Below are positions 11,067 through 22,889 of a stretch of DNA of 40,973 nt, piece by piece. This stretch comes from Dimorphilus gyrociliatus (taxonomy: Eukaryota; Animalia; Annelida), in NCBI GenBank assembly GCA_904063045.1, contig CAJFCJ010000077.1, forward strand, positions 86,485 through 127,457, read 5' to 3'. The position numbers were made by a program, and so were the translations under genes. The notes beneath the pieces were generated by a model. That model saw only the letters and a program-made list of their open reading frames with translations, was not told where the DNA came from and did not search any database. The first letter of the stretch is position 1, and each line of letters opens with the position of its first letter.

Positions 11067-13369
11067 TTAGGAAATACATTTTGGACGTGCAATCATTTCA
11101 AATGATCTTCCTCCTGTATCAGTACCTTCAAAATAATTGATGCTAAAATCTCCATTTTCGTCAGTGTAATAAGTTGTTCCAAGTTTGGGGGGTTTTAGTT
11201 TTCGTCCTCTAAAGATGCTAATTCTATCATTTTTCGTGCTAGTGTAAAGAAAAGAAGAAAAAAGTATTTAATATATTTTGACCTTGACCTTGCAATTGAG
11301 GTGATATTGCAGATACTGACCCGACTTTATTTGCTTTTCCAGAATACTGAATATGACGAAAACCTTGAGCAAATGTCAAAGCATCGTAATCCAATCCGGT
11401 ATTTCTCTGTAGATTGAATGAAAGAAATTCAAAATCCACTTCCTAAAATGATAAACGGGTAATTGATTTGAATGTTTTGAATAGAGAAATATAGGCAACA
11501 TACTATATTTTCTTGTCTAATGTCTAGGATAATTGAACACCATTTTTTAGTTCTACTGTTTGGAGCTATGATTCTTAAATATTCAGTATCACAATCTATT
11601 TTAATACGATGATTATCCCATTTACATAAGACTTGTCTGATTTGTGGAATTAATGGTTGACATGAGAAGGTAGTTGTTAATTGAAATCCCCGGAATTGTT
11701 TATCGCTATTGCTTCTGAAATGTACTGTAAATGATTTTTTCATGGAAGTAAATACATTTTATTTATATCCACATATTCATGATTGACTTGTCTTCCTAGG
11801 GAAATATTCCCTCTATCGCCAATAACTAAAAAAAAAACAGAGAGGAAAGATTGAGAAATACAATTTGAATATGAATTGGAAATTTTACTTTGTGTTCCAC
11901 AGAATTTATAAGATCTTGAATGATCATCAATAACCTTAACATAATCATATATGCATCTATGATGATGTTGCATATTAATATATTTAAATTTGAAATAAAC
12001 TGTCTGCAAAATTTTATGCTATTGTTATTATTTTGGTGAAAAAGGATTTTTTTTACCCCTTTCCTCCCTCTTGGAGGTACTAAATAAAGACGACAATTTG
12101 AATTGGGTAAATATGGATTGTTGGAACGGATATTGTAGCTTTTTCCATTACAATCAAAATTTAATTTTGGAATATTTATGGTGCCACAAACAACTGATCT
12201 ATTGTTTATAAACAGTGTTGCTCTTCTTGTTTTTTTTGTTGTTTTTGGTTTTTCAGTTGCTTTTGTTGTTAATTGTGGCATCAGAGTAGTTAGGTCTATT
12301 TCCATAGGAACTGTACTACTACTACTACTTGTTGTTGTTTTTCTATCAGAGTAGTTGGTAGTTAAAAATTCTTCTTTTGGTGTGATTGTAGTTGTGACTA
12401 TTTCATCAATTTTTTTAGTAACAGTTTCCTCTTCATTACAATTTGACTTATCATTTCTAAAATTAGCTTTTAAAACAAATCCAGATTTTGTAACTTTTTT
12501 ACCAGTTTTGAAATAAATGACTAATGCTCCATTTGGCTTCAATTTAAATGTTTTATTCATAATTGGCAGCATTCTTGCATTTTTAATAAAATTAATATTT
12601 TCTTCAGAATTTGTAGTTGATTCTGGAAATATCAAAATTACGAAATTAATGTTTGGTAGGTAAAAACCAGATATTTTTAACTATTAATTAGGCCTTTTCC
12701 ACATAAAGTCATTTTTTCTTTATCATCCGAAATTGTTAGATAGTCATAATGGCAATTTTTTGAAAATTCAAGATGGAATTCATGAAATGTCAACTCTATG
12801 TACTATAAATAGAAATTAATTAAGCATAATTCTCAAAGTATATAGAATTATCATTTTAATTTGCCTATTTTCTTTAATTAACATAATACAAACCCCGTTA
12901 AACACTTTTTCAACATTCATAATTATCATACAGTTATGATTATTTGGATAATTCTTTGGATAATCCTTTGAAGAGATTAAATAATCCACCTTATTGATAC
13001 TGTTCAAGTTTTGATTTAATGTTATCTGTCCATCACATTCAATTTTTTTTAAACTCTGCTTTGAAAATCTCTGATTGTCGGTTAAACCTTAAAAAAAATA
13101 AAGTATGTCTTTATTTACTTTTAATAAAAATAAGACGAGATTTGAATACAAACTAATCAACTTATCAATTCTTTGAGTTATATCATTTTGTAACAATTTC
13201 ATATTTTCCTTTAAAATGTTGTCAGAACATTCATCACCTTCCACACCATATTTATATAAAAGAATCTATTTTAAGAAGTTAACATTAAAATGCGAAAAAT
13301 GGATAGAAAGAAAGACAAACTATCTCTTACAAAGATGAACAAAATGCTTCTTTGAACACTTTTAAACAT
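11067..13369 (-). CDS. Secreted three-CUB-domain protein with Thr-rich linker (paralog B); one apparent frameshift
   Basis: Model: MFKSVQRSILFIF|ILLYKYGVEG (signal)...SSKDYPKNYPNNHNC..NG|YIELTFHEFHLEFSKNCHYDYLTI..CG..|..TTTITPK..TTSSSSSTVP..|TVYFKF..CIYDYVKV..CG|..NKMYLLP/MKKSFTVHFRSN..FRGF..|EVDFEFLSFNL..DYDALT..|..FEMIARPKCIS*. A 1-nt frameshift sits at about 11744. The last junction is uncertain. Confidence 0.8.
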
Positions 13370-13861
13370 GTGTAGTTTTTTATTCCCCTCTTCCAACTGT
13401 CTCTAAAAATTGAATGGGAGAAACACTCTAGTACTCAACTATAAGAGTATATAAACCATACAAAATCAACAGTTGATAGTCCAGTTCTCTAGAAATTAGT
13501 TTGCTAGAAACTCATTTTTGTCATTAGTTTATCTCGTAGGCAATAATAGACAAACACTTATGTTAAAATACCAATTTTGATACAATAAACTAGTAATAAA
13601 CCTCATTTTGTCCATCAGTTTTATAATTTATAGAATTAATTGGCCTAAAATGATTTATGTATTTAAATCTACAACTAGATGGCTCTGCTTGAAAATATAA
13701 TTTCTAATTCTGTTTAAAAATTAGGGTTAGAGTGAAGTTAGGTGTTGGGGTTAGGAATCGCCGCTCTCATATTACTATATTCAAAACATTTCAGAGCCCT
13801 ATGTTAAATATCAACAAATTCCATTTTGTTTCCAAATAATTTAATTATATACCCTGAGGCT

Positions 13862-13935
13862 CACAGAAAATGCCCCCAAGCTGACAGGAAATGTCCGCAG
13901 GCAGACAATTCAAATGAATGCTATATTATTTTATA
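13862..13935. mobile_element. MULE terminal/subterminal fragment
   Basis: ACAGAAAATGCCCC / ACAGGAAATGTCC motifs plus GGCAGACAATTCAAATGAATGCTATATTATTTTA, which matches 22746-22790 in reverse. A TTAGGG-like arm lies at about 13720-13757. Confidence 0.65.
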
Positions 13936-14739
13936 TCAATACTAAATTAAATTAGATATTATTGTTAATAATACTATATTAAAATTGAAAAATACAACTG
14001 TTATAAGCTATGCCATATGTACTGAATATTTAAAAACTAAAGCGACATCTATTGTACTATTCTGTTGTGGCTGTACTTTGTTGTATCGTGATCCTAGGAA
14101 TTTCGTTCTCATCCCAAATGTATTTGTCCGTACCACTCATTTAATATTACGCCAGAGTACTTGTCCAAATAGAACCTCAAGTTTGTCCACAAGTATCAAC
14201 AAATGAATGATATTCGTCCAAAGTTTTATATCAAACTTTCAACAAAAAGCCAGTATTTTCCAAATAAGATATGTATTGAATATTCTGAGCTTTTATCTCT
14301 AAGCAAGTGGTTAGAAAACTAAGCTAACAACTGTTCAATTCGTAGGGTTTACATACTTTCCTAAGAGTTTAACAGTTCACAATTTCAAAGTTTGAACAAT
14401 GCAAAGTAACATTTTAACACAATTGAAAGTTCTAAAAATGATTCCATCTTTAATTGATTTCATTCATCCAAAGTGATTAGGTCAGATAAATTTAGATGGT
14501 CTGCTTCTTTTGTAAGATGTAACAATTTTGGTAACATTCAATTCAACCATTGAAAGTGAGAAATTGGAACTGGTCCAAAAGTCAACAATAGTTGAGTTTG
14601 ACCTTTTGATACTCTTTAGCTGGCAGCTGAATAAATGTTCTTAAGTGATTAAAGTAAGACTAATGTAGTTCTATAGTTAATGCTAAATTCGTTGCATTTG
14701 TTTGCAAGAATTTTATATGCTCATGTGTGTACCTGCATC

Positions 14740-15850
14740 GCTGCATAAAGTGGATGACAGGTATGTTGGAACACCTCAAATTTTTATAGGCCAAATATTA
14801 AAAATCTTTTTCGTGATGAAAAAAGATTATTTTTTTTATTTTTTTAGTGTTTAATAATAGGTTCAACTTGCAATTTTATAGAAATTTCTTTAAAACAGCA
14901 GTTAGGTACATTTTTACATATTTTTTTTTTATAGAAATTACCATAGTTTTCTGATTTTTTTTCTTATTTGGCTGCACAACATGTTCTACTTTTGTATGTG
15001 CCCACCCTCTCTTTCTATACATTTGCTTATTCTACAGCCCATTCCCCCATATAAGCTTGGCAACAAGAGTGGATTTCTGTTGATAACCTTGTAGGAGCAT
15101 TTCTTAATCTTTTCCCACAGTTCATCCTCTGTCTCGAACTGTGGACCATCATAGACCATTGTCTTGGTCAGATGCCACATGTTCTCTATTGGACTCAGAT
15201 CAGGGCTCCTTGCTGGCCAATCTATGGGCTTGATATTATTGCTTTTAAAGGCTCTTTTCAATTTTCTTGCAGTGTGACAGCCAGCATTGTCTTGCTGGAA
15301 GATGTACTGCCTGCCCATTTTTGCCTCAATTTCTTCTATGACAGGCAGAACATCTTCCACAATGAAGGAGCTATAGTTTTCAGCATTCAGCTTGCTCCTT
15401 ATCCTCCAGACTTCAAATATGCTGTCAGAGGTTATCAACCCTCACACCAATACTCCACCTCTCCCAATATTTTTTGTGACCCTGAAGTCCTTTTCACTGT
15501 TACTGGTCCAAGTCCTAAAATTGTCAGGTCCACTTAAAGAAAACCTAGCCTCATCAGTAAAAATAACCCTAGACCAGTCTAGATTTTTGCTAATAACTTT
15601 GAGGCAGTACACTTTTCTGAGTTTACAGTCTTTGGAGGTGAGATCAGTTCTTTGTCTGACTCTTTTATATTTGAAATTTTGTCTTTTCAGCTCAGTACAA
15701 TCACACTTCTCCCACTGATATAGAGTTCTTATCGCAATAAAACTAGTTTTCACCTCAACATGCTTTAATTTAAATAATACAGTAATAAAAGATAAGAGTT
15801 TGTGCTTGTCGCTTTATCATCTGAGTATCCCTAAATTATGTTCTTAGCGA
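14740..15850 (-). mobile_element. Tc1/mariner (DD34E) transposon with inactivated transposase
   Basis: WSRVIFTDEARF...GGVLV*G (TGG>TGA at 15442-15444)...FQQDNAGCH...WPARSPDLSPIEN, with 34 residues between the second D and the E. The N-terminal HTH is decayed. Element termini are not securely identified. Confidence 0.92.
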
Positions 15851-16269
15851 GTTTTTCATCTCCTAAGAGTATTACTTGCCACATGAACACTAGAAATTAT
15901 TGATATGTGAATACTTAGACATCTTAATTGTAAAATATAGTATGGTTTACAATCAAAATGACTTTTCTCTTTTAACTCAAACATTAAGTCATAAGGTACA
16001 TTTCATACTAACTATCCTCCTTTAAACAAGTAAATATATTATAGTCTAAAACTTTTTCTCTGTTTCTGTCTGGGTTATGTCTTAAATGTTAGCACAACCA
16101 GTACAGACTGATAACCTCACAATTGCACTTACACTACTAACCTTGTTAGGCTAAAGGTTGGTTTTGCTATCTAAAGTAGCAGTTCCTAGCCTATGCTTTT
16201 ACTGTATCTCCAACAAAAACCAGATAAACTTTGAACCAAATCAACCCAGCTGTTTAGGAGCCAGGGCGC

Positions 16270-17009
16270 TTTGGAAAAGAGGGATCAACTTAATGGTTTA
16301 TTGGAAAATGGACTAATTAGATCAAGTAAGAGTCAATAGGCTTAACCAATTGCTTTTGTTAAAAAGAAAGAAGGAACATTGAGAATGTGTGTGGATTACA
16401 GAAAACTTAACAAGCAATCAAAAAAGAATTGCCATCCAATCCTACACCAGAAAGATTTATTCGATGAGCTGGGAGAAGGTCATAAATACTTTTCCATATT
16501 AGACTTGACAAGTGCATTTCACCATATCCCCTTCAAGGAAAAGCACAAAGAAAAAACTGCTTTTATTACACCATTTGGTCTGTTTGAATTCAATCGAATG
16601 CCTTTTGGTTTTGCAAATGCACCTTTACACTTTAGTTATATTATGCCAAATTTTGTAATTAATGGATTGGAAAATTTTTTGTATTAATTATATGAATGAC
16701 ATTATTGAGTTTACTAAAACATTAGCAGAACACTACATAGCTTTACAAAAATTAATGGAAAGAATTAAAGAAAAGGATTTCAGAGTCAAACCAAGCAAGT
16801 GTGCTTTCCTACAGGAATCAGTACAATTTCTTGGTCATAAGATTACACAAAATGGTGTTGAAAATGATCCAGAAAAGATTCAGAAAATAAAAGATGCTGA
16901 ATTATCTATGTTTGCAAATACTTTATTAAGTTTTGTAGCATTTTGTGGTTATTACAGAAGACTTGTCAAGGACTTTGCAAAAATTACAAAACCCTTGAGA
17001 GAGCTATGA
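16270..17009 (+). mobile_element. Ty3/gypsy reverse-transcriptase fragment
   Basis: LLENGLIRSSKS..PIAFVKKKEGTLRMCVDYRKLN..YFSILDLTSAFHHI..KTAFITPFGLFEFNRMPFGFANAP..YMNDI..KCAF..VQFLGH..SFVAFCGYYRRLVKDFAKITKPL. It has a frameshift, YxDD reads YMND, and no LTR, gag or integrase is seen. Confidence 0.95.
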
Positions 17010-17354
17010 AAAACATAGACGATCCTAGAACTGTTTCCTGTCTGGATTTCAAATGGCAACCAAAAGTAATTGCATTATGGGAATATATTGGATATGTCTC
17101 AAAATAAATAATAATTCAAATTTTAAAAAGTGTTTTTAAATATTTTCTTCACATAGTGAATGTTTTCTCCTGTGTACATTTTCTCCTGTACCCAATAAAT
17201 AATTTAATACAAATTGGCACTGAATCAAAATAGTCCTTTTAACAAGAAAATAGAATTGTCTTTTAAACTTTTGAAAAAAAAGTAAAAAAAACCAAGAATG
17301 TTTTGCTTTAAAAAAGAAAACTGGGAATGTTGCCAAAAATGCACAACAAATGAC

Positions 17355-17460
17355 ATAATTGCTAGTAATTTTCTTGCACAGGTTTTAAGAGGTATAAGTT
17401 GTATAAGTTGCATAAAGTTATATAGTTCAAGCATCAAATATAACCAAAGTTGTAAAATAG
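17355..17460 (-). repeat. Repeat module X copy (reverse)
   Basis: The reverse complement matches the cores at 3030-3120 and 10750-10850. Confidence 0.7.
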
Positions 17461-17532
17461 TATTGAACTCTCTTTGTTGTATTGTAAGTGTAGGAATTTC
17501 TGCTTCTTCTGAATAGTATTTGTCCTTTCCAA

Positions 17533-18056
17533 CCATTTATCAACTTAGTAACTGCACTATTAGCTATAGCATTTTTCACCTTAATTGAATGTAAAGCCCA
17601 ATGATATATTCAACTACATAAAGGCACTAATAAACCCACACTTATAGGAATTCCTGTCCGATTTGCTGATGCTATTAAACTCTTCCTCAAAGAAAAACCT
17701 ATACCTGCTCAAACTAACTCTCTAATATTTTTCTTCGGCCCACTCTAGCTCTATGTTTAGCCTTAATACTTCGAAGACTCACACCAACATACTTTTCTGC
17801 TTCAACATTAACATTTAGAACTTTGTGATTTCTAGCCATTTCCAGAATATCTGTTTACCCAATGCTAGGCACTGGATGACTCTCTAATTCTAAATATTCT
17901 CTATTAGGGGCATTTTGAGCTATTTCTCAAACTATTTCATACAAAGTCTCTATAGCCTTAATCTTTATTTCCTTCATACTATTATTTCAATCATTTTCCT
18001 TCAATAAAAATTTTATCTTTACTCCTTCCATTATTCTTTTACCTTTATTAGCAGTA
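17533..18056 (+). pseudogene. ND1: NUMT: nuclear copy of the 5' half of mitochondrial nad1
   Basis: In the invertebrate mt code it reads [55 protein letters not shown]..(frameshift)..[47 protein letters not shown]. TGA falls at Trp positions and AGA at Ser positions. Confidence 0.95.
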
Positions 18057-18202
18057 ACTCTGCTATTAAACTCTCATATTACTGCTTGCTTAAGTATTAT
18101 TCTTGCAAATAAACCGTTTTAATTTAAACATTTGTTTAAAGGTTCCACTAGAACCAGTATTGTTAAAACTTGCAAGTTTGCATAAATTTGCCAGCAAGAG
18201 CA
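18057..18202 (+). repeat. Repeat module Y, 3' partial copy fused directly to the NUMT
   Basis: ACTCTGCTATTAAACTCTCATATT...CCAGCAAGAGCA is essentially identical to the 3' half of the other Y copies. Confidence 0.85.
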
Positions 18203-18515
18203 TCCATTGCAAAGATGTGGTACATGGATAGTACTTTCAAAATTGCAAAAGATTCATTTGTTCAAATGTTTTCAATCCATGGCCTTTTAAAGAAAAATAA
18301 AGAGTTGAAGCATGTGCCATTGTTTTTTTCATTCCTAAGATCAAAAAAGAAAAGAGCTTATAAATTACTTTTCAGGGTATGTTAAGTGTGCAAATACTTA
18401 AATCAATAATAATCTGTGCATTTAGGCTGTAAATTAGCTACTGACAACATCCCTGTTCAAAAAACAATGAAAATTTAATATGGTAAGGCATAAGAGATAC
18501 TTGGCCAGATGTTTT
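18203..18515 (+). mobile_element. MULE transposase core fragment
   Basis: AKMWYMDSTFKIAKDSFVQMFSIHGLLKK..HVPLFFSFLRSKKKRAYKLLF, then IRDTWPDV after an intron-like gap. Confidence 0.85.
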
Positions 18516-18533
18516 AATGTTTGCTTCTTGTTG

Positions 18534-18960
18534 TCATTGGATTAAGGCAATCTCCTTCAAGAGGACAGCAGATGTAATCATTCCCAATTTGTATTCATCC
18601 CAAACAGCAAATACTTGGTTCTGCATCTGGATCACATTTTTCTTCTGATACTTCTTTAGCCTTTTTTCTGTTAGAAGTTTCTCTACAACTGGAATAAGAC
18701 TTGATTCCTGTTTTAAAATATCTATGAGCATATAAAATGACCCTTTTGCAGGAGTCTTTTCATTTATTCTTCTGTCAATTTTTGAATCTCCTATTCTTAT
18801 TTCTCACAGAACATCTCCAGATGGTTCTCTTGTCGCTTTTAGATTTTATATTAAAAGCATAGCCCTTGTTTGTCAAAATATCTTTCCCTTTTTGACTTCC
18901 ACCAATAATAATATGAAATTTGTCTCAACCCTCAGTATTCTCATTATTCAGTTTCATTTT
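18534..18960 (-). mobile_element. Internally deleted MULE: FLYWCH-like N-terminus fused to the C-terminal tail
   Basis: GGSQKGKDILTNKGYAFNIKSKSDKRTIWRCSVRNK (FLYWCH-type) is joined to SFYMLIDILKQESSLIPVVEKLLTEKRLKKYQKK..VFAVWDEY, which is homologous to ORF 413-601. Confidence 0.75.
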
Positions 18961-19559
18961 CATGCAATAAATTTTCCGCCATATTACAAGTATTGTTAAC
19001 TTCATTAAGACTACAATTGTCTTTTTATAAGATGTACACATTTAGGCAGTTTGTAGGTACTAAACACATAAGCTTGTAACCAGGCTCACAAATTCACACA
19101 ATACACCCAAATTGTTACATTTCATTCATCAATGGAAAGCAATATTGAAAGAGTATTATAGAGTACTCTACACGCCTAAAACTATAACATACACTATTTA
19201 AACGAGATGTTACCCCTAATTATTATACACATCATATTTAATGAATATTAATTATATCTTCCACTATTCTATTTATATTTGGAGCTTTTAGATTATTGTC
19301 ACTTTTCAACAGTATTGTATGCACAATACTATATTAGATGATTAAGTTTAATACTTTTATCCTACCAGTCCTTTACACAAAAACATATTATCTTACACAA
19401 ACAATTATTATTAATAATTTGTTGTATATTAAAACGGCATCAAGTTGACCTTTTCCTATTTTTGTGTTTTGGAATCAATCCAACTTCTATTAATAATTGT
19501 TATATCTTAGGCAACTTTCTGACCTACTAAAATAGGGAGCAAAAGTTCTCCAAGATAAA

Positions 19560-20224
19560 NNNNNNNNNNNNNNNNNNNNNNNNNNNNNNNNNNNNNNNNN
19601 NNNNNNNNNNNNNNNNNNNNNNNNNNNNNNNNNNNNNNNNNNNNNNNNNNNNNNNNNNNNNNNNNNNNNNNNNNNNNNNNNNNNNNNNNNNNNNNNNNNN
19701 NNNNNNNNNNNNNNNNNNNNNNNNNNNNNNNNNNNNNNNNNNNNNNNNNNNNNNNNNNNNNNNNNNNNNNNNNNNNNNNNNNNNNNNNNNNNNNNNNNNN
19801 NNNNNNNNNNNNNNNNNNNNNNNNNNNNNNNNNNNNNNNNNNNNNNNNNNNNNNNNNNNNNNNNNNNNNNNNNNNNNNNNNNNNNNNNNNNNNNNNNNNN
19901 NNNNNNNNNNNNNNNNNNNNNNNNNNNNNNNNNNNNNNNNNNNNNNNNNNNNNNNNNNNNNNNNNNNNNNNNNNNNNNNNNNNNNNNNNNNNNNNNNNNN
20001 NNNNNNNNNNNNNNNNNNNNNNNNNNNNNNNNNNNNNNNNNNNNNNNNNNNNNNNNNNNNNNNNNNNNNNNNNNNNNNNNNNNNNNNNNNNNNNNNNNNN
20101 NNNNNNNNNNNNNNNNNNNNNNNNNNNNNNNNNNNNNNNNNNNNNNNNNNNNNNNNNNNNNNNNNNNNNNNNNNNNNNNNNNNNNNNNNNNNNNNNNNNN
20201 NNNNNNNNNNNNNNNNNNNNNNNN
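19560..20224. other. Assembly gap (N run)
   Basis: Run of N. Confidence 1.
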
Positions 20225-20489
20225 TAATAAAAATGACTAGATTCTTAAATATGTTAAAGAAAATTTTGAACTAAAAAAAACATATTTTTCATATATTTTC
20301 AATGTTCTTAACTGTAAAAGTTATATCCTTCATCATTTTCATTGTAGCAATCACGTTTTTTATCATTTATATATGTGGAATGAACACAAGTATTATCACA
20401 ACTGATTTGTCTATTAGGGTGACAACCTAGATAGAAAAAGACATTAAAGATTATAGATTGACAATATGAAAGTCTCTGGAAAAGCTTAG

Positions 20490-21250
20490 GAATTTGGAAT
20501 GCAGAGAATTGAGATATCTGAATTTATCTTGGACAAAAATAAAGAAAATATCTGAAAATGGTTTGTCAGCAATTGAAAATCTAAGAAAATTTGATATTTC
20601 AAATTGTAAAATTAAAGATATTCATCAAAATTCATTTCAAAATTTCACAAAATTAACACATTTCTATTTGAATAATACTCAACTTCCTCTTCCTTATTGT
20701 TTTTAACTTCAATTTTATTTATGGTAAAAGGTATTTTCTGCTTTTAACAGTTCTTTGTGATCTGGGATTTGTATTATATACTACTTCTATTCTGATTGTT
20801 GACTATATCTTTTGGAATATTTACCTTTCTAGTGATTATCAATGGAGAAATAGCATTTTTTTGCCAGACTCTTGGATTTACTATAACATTTTCTTTGCTA
20901 TTAAAACCAGTGACATTATTATTTTTTGATTTTCACTACTTTAATACTTTACTTAAGAAGTTTTCTATTAAAAAAGATTTTCCAAATTGTATAATTGTTC
21001 TATTCATAAATTTTATTTTTTGAAAACAAAGTAAACTTGAGTTTTTGTTTTTCTAACATTCTTCATCTTCTGACTTTGAATAATGTAATTTAGCCTACAA
21101 GTAATTTGTTTATTTGGATTATTTTTATATATTGGCCTTTGTGTACTTTCATTAATCTCCCTCTATGGTTAAAAACATCAGCTATAAATAGAAGAATAAA
21201 CAGAAAATTAAGAAAAATTCAAGAAAGGTTTGCTATTGTTCTCACAAACT
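20490..21250 (+). pseudogene. LRR-GPCR (LGR/GRL101-type) remnant with internal deletions
   Basis: The LRRs ELRYLNLSWTKIKKISENGLSAIENLRKFDISNCKIKDIHQNSFQNFTKLTHFYL are followed almost immediately by TM2-TM3 LIVDYIFWNIYLSSDYQWRNSIF/CQTLGFTITFS (frameshift) and ICL3/TM6 RKLRKIQERFAIVLTNF. Confidence 0.75.
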
Positions 21251-21919
21251 TTCCACAACAAAGAAGTGGATGATTATGGGAATAGATTATATAAGACAAT
21301 TGTGTAATAAGGGTCGAGGTGTATCTTTCCTCAAAGCCACAGTTTTGTTAGTATCTGTCCCCTTTGCAATGATTCTTTGAATTTCCAAAATAGGCATATA
21401 AAATGCTTCAATTTCCATTCTATAGAACAAAAATTACTGAAACAACTACAAGGGAAGAAACTGAAATATGTTGAGTAAACATATTATCTACTTTTAGTTT
21501 CTTTTATCTTTTTATTAAAAATTATTTCAGCTTTACAATTTGTGAATAATTTTGAAACTTTTCATTTGAAATTTCTTCCTTTAATTATTAAAAATCAAGA
21601 TTTTACAAAGAGAGATGAAGTTTCTTTTTCTTTCTTAATAATATTTTAAATGAAATAAAAATTTCAGGTGATAACTAGAAAATTCTTTTTACACTTAAGT
21701 AATGTTAGCAATGGGAGTGAATCTGCTAAACATAGAGATATGTTGACCATTGGAAGAGTAATAAGAAAAATACTCCAAAAGAGGATAAAACTTTTATAAA
21801 ACTTCTATCTGTCTTTTGTTTCATTCAGTTTAATTATATTTATTTTAAAATACAAGATTTTACTTATTCACATGAACTCTAACTACTAACATGGTTTTAA
21901 ACTTATTATTCTTTTGACC

Positions 21920-22300
21920 CTGGTTTTACCCTAACTCAGCCCTGAACCCTATTTTAAAAGCTTCATTCTTCCTAACCTATACCTAACCCAAAATCTCACC
22001 CAAAACTGACTCCAAAATGGTCCCCTTCAATTTGGAAGATTAGAAAACTTTTCAGTAAAGGACTTAAAATGAACTGAGTTAGAATTTAACTTTTTTTGAA
22101 ATCACCTAACATCCTATAGATTTTATGTTGGTAGGAACACCAGCACTATCCAGGTTAGGGTTAGGGTTAAACTGTGCATTTAGGAACGTTTTCTATTGTA
22201 TCCTTTTTTGATATATCTCTATATTTCAGCAAAAAAAAAAGAATTATATAAAATAAACTAAAGAACAGAAAACGTCCTCAAAGTGACAGAAAACATCCAC
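21920..22300. repeat. Cluster of MITE arms with CCCTAA/TTAGGG-like repeats and TIR cores
   Basis: A CCCTAAC-rich tract at 21920-22010, GGTTAGGGTTAGGGTTAAACTGTGCATTTAGGAACGTTTTCTATTGTATCC at 22152-22203, and tandem ACAGAAAACGTCC/ACAGAAAACATCC at about 22265-22300. Confidence 0.7.
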
Positions 22301-22519
22301 AAGCTTAGAGAAAATAGACTCATGAAGATAGAAAGAACAGGGCTGTATTAATTAAAAAATATCTGCACAAAATAATATTTAAATTTTTTAGAATATTTCA
22401 CAAATTTCACAATAAATGCTCCAAACAACAATTGAAAATCTTCAGCCAGTAAGACAGAAAAATTCTACTTCTTTCTCTATTATCACTCATTAGAGGTAAT
22501 GTGAAAATTTATTATTTAT

Positions 22520-22807
22520 TGTTTTCAAAAAGAAATCTTAGCAATTTGGGAAAAGTTTAAAGCTGGCAAAATTACAGAGATAGTCAAGTTCTTGAAATGT
22601 CTTCTGAAGTGTATTATAAATACCTTTACTTCTGTTTTCTGTAGTATGTTAATGTCAAAATATATTTCATTAAATTTGGAAAATCATTTAGATATCAATT
22701 ATTATTTTAACTAATTTTTCATTTCTAGAATTAACATTCAAACCTGGCATAAAATAATATAGCATTCATTTGAATTGTCTGCCCAGGGACGTTTTCTGTC
22801 GGGCCCC
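22520..22807 (+). mobile_element. MULE C-terminal fragment with right terminus
   Basis: KEILAIWEKFKAGKITEIVKFLK (compare QVFAVWDEYKLGMITS) is followed by GGGACGTTTTCTGTCGGGCCCC at 22786-22807. Confidence 0.65.
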
Positions 22808-22889
22808 TTTTGGATTGTATGTATATGGAATATGAAAAAAAATTTCAGATAGCTTATCAGTGATTTTACTCAATGTCAATATTGCTTGT

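Noticed and set aside
14030-14660. Degraded coding-looking stretch (lectin-, LRR- or integrase-like words in different frames)
   Set aside because: No frame gives more than one weak motif, so it cannot be assigned.
14741-14770. Tc1 terminal inverted repeat (TA|CCTGCATCGCTGCATAAAGTGGATGACA)
   Set aside because: Plausible single end, but no matching partner was found upstream of the transposase, so it is not called separately.
21920-22203. True telomere or chromosome-fusion site
   Set aside because: Only 2-3 perfect TTAGGG units are present, embedded in the recurring MITE arm with its TIR.
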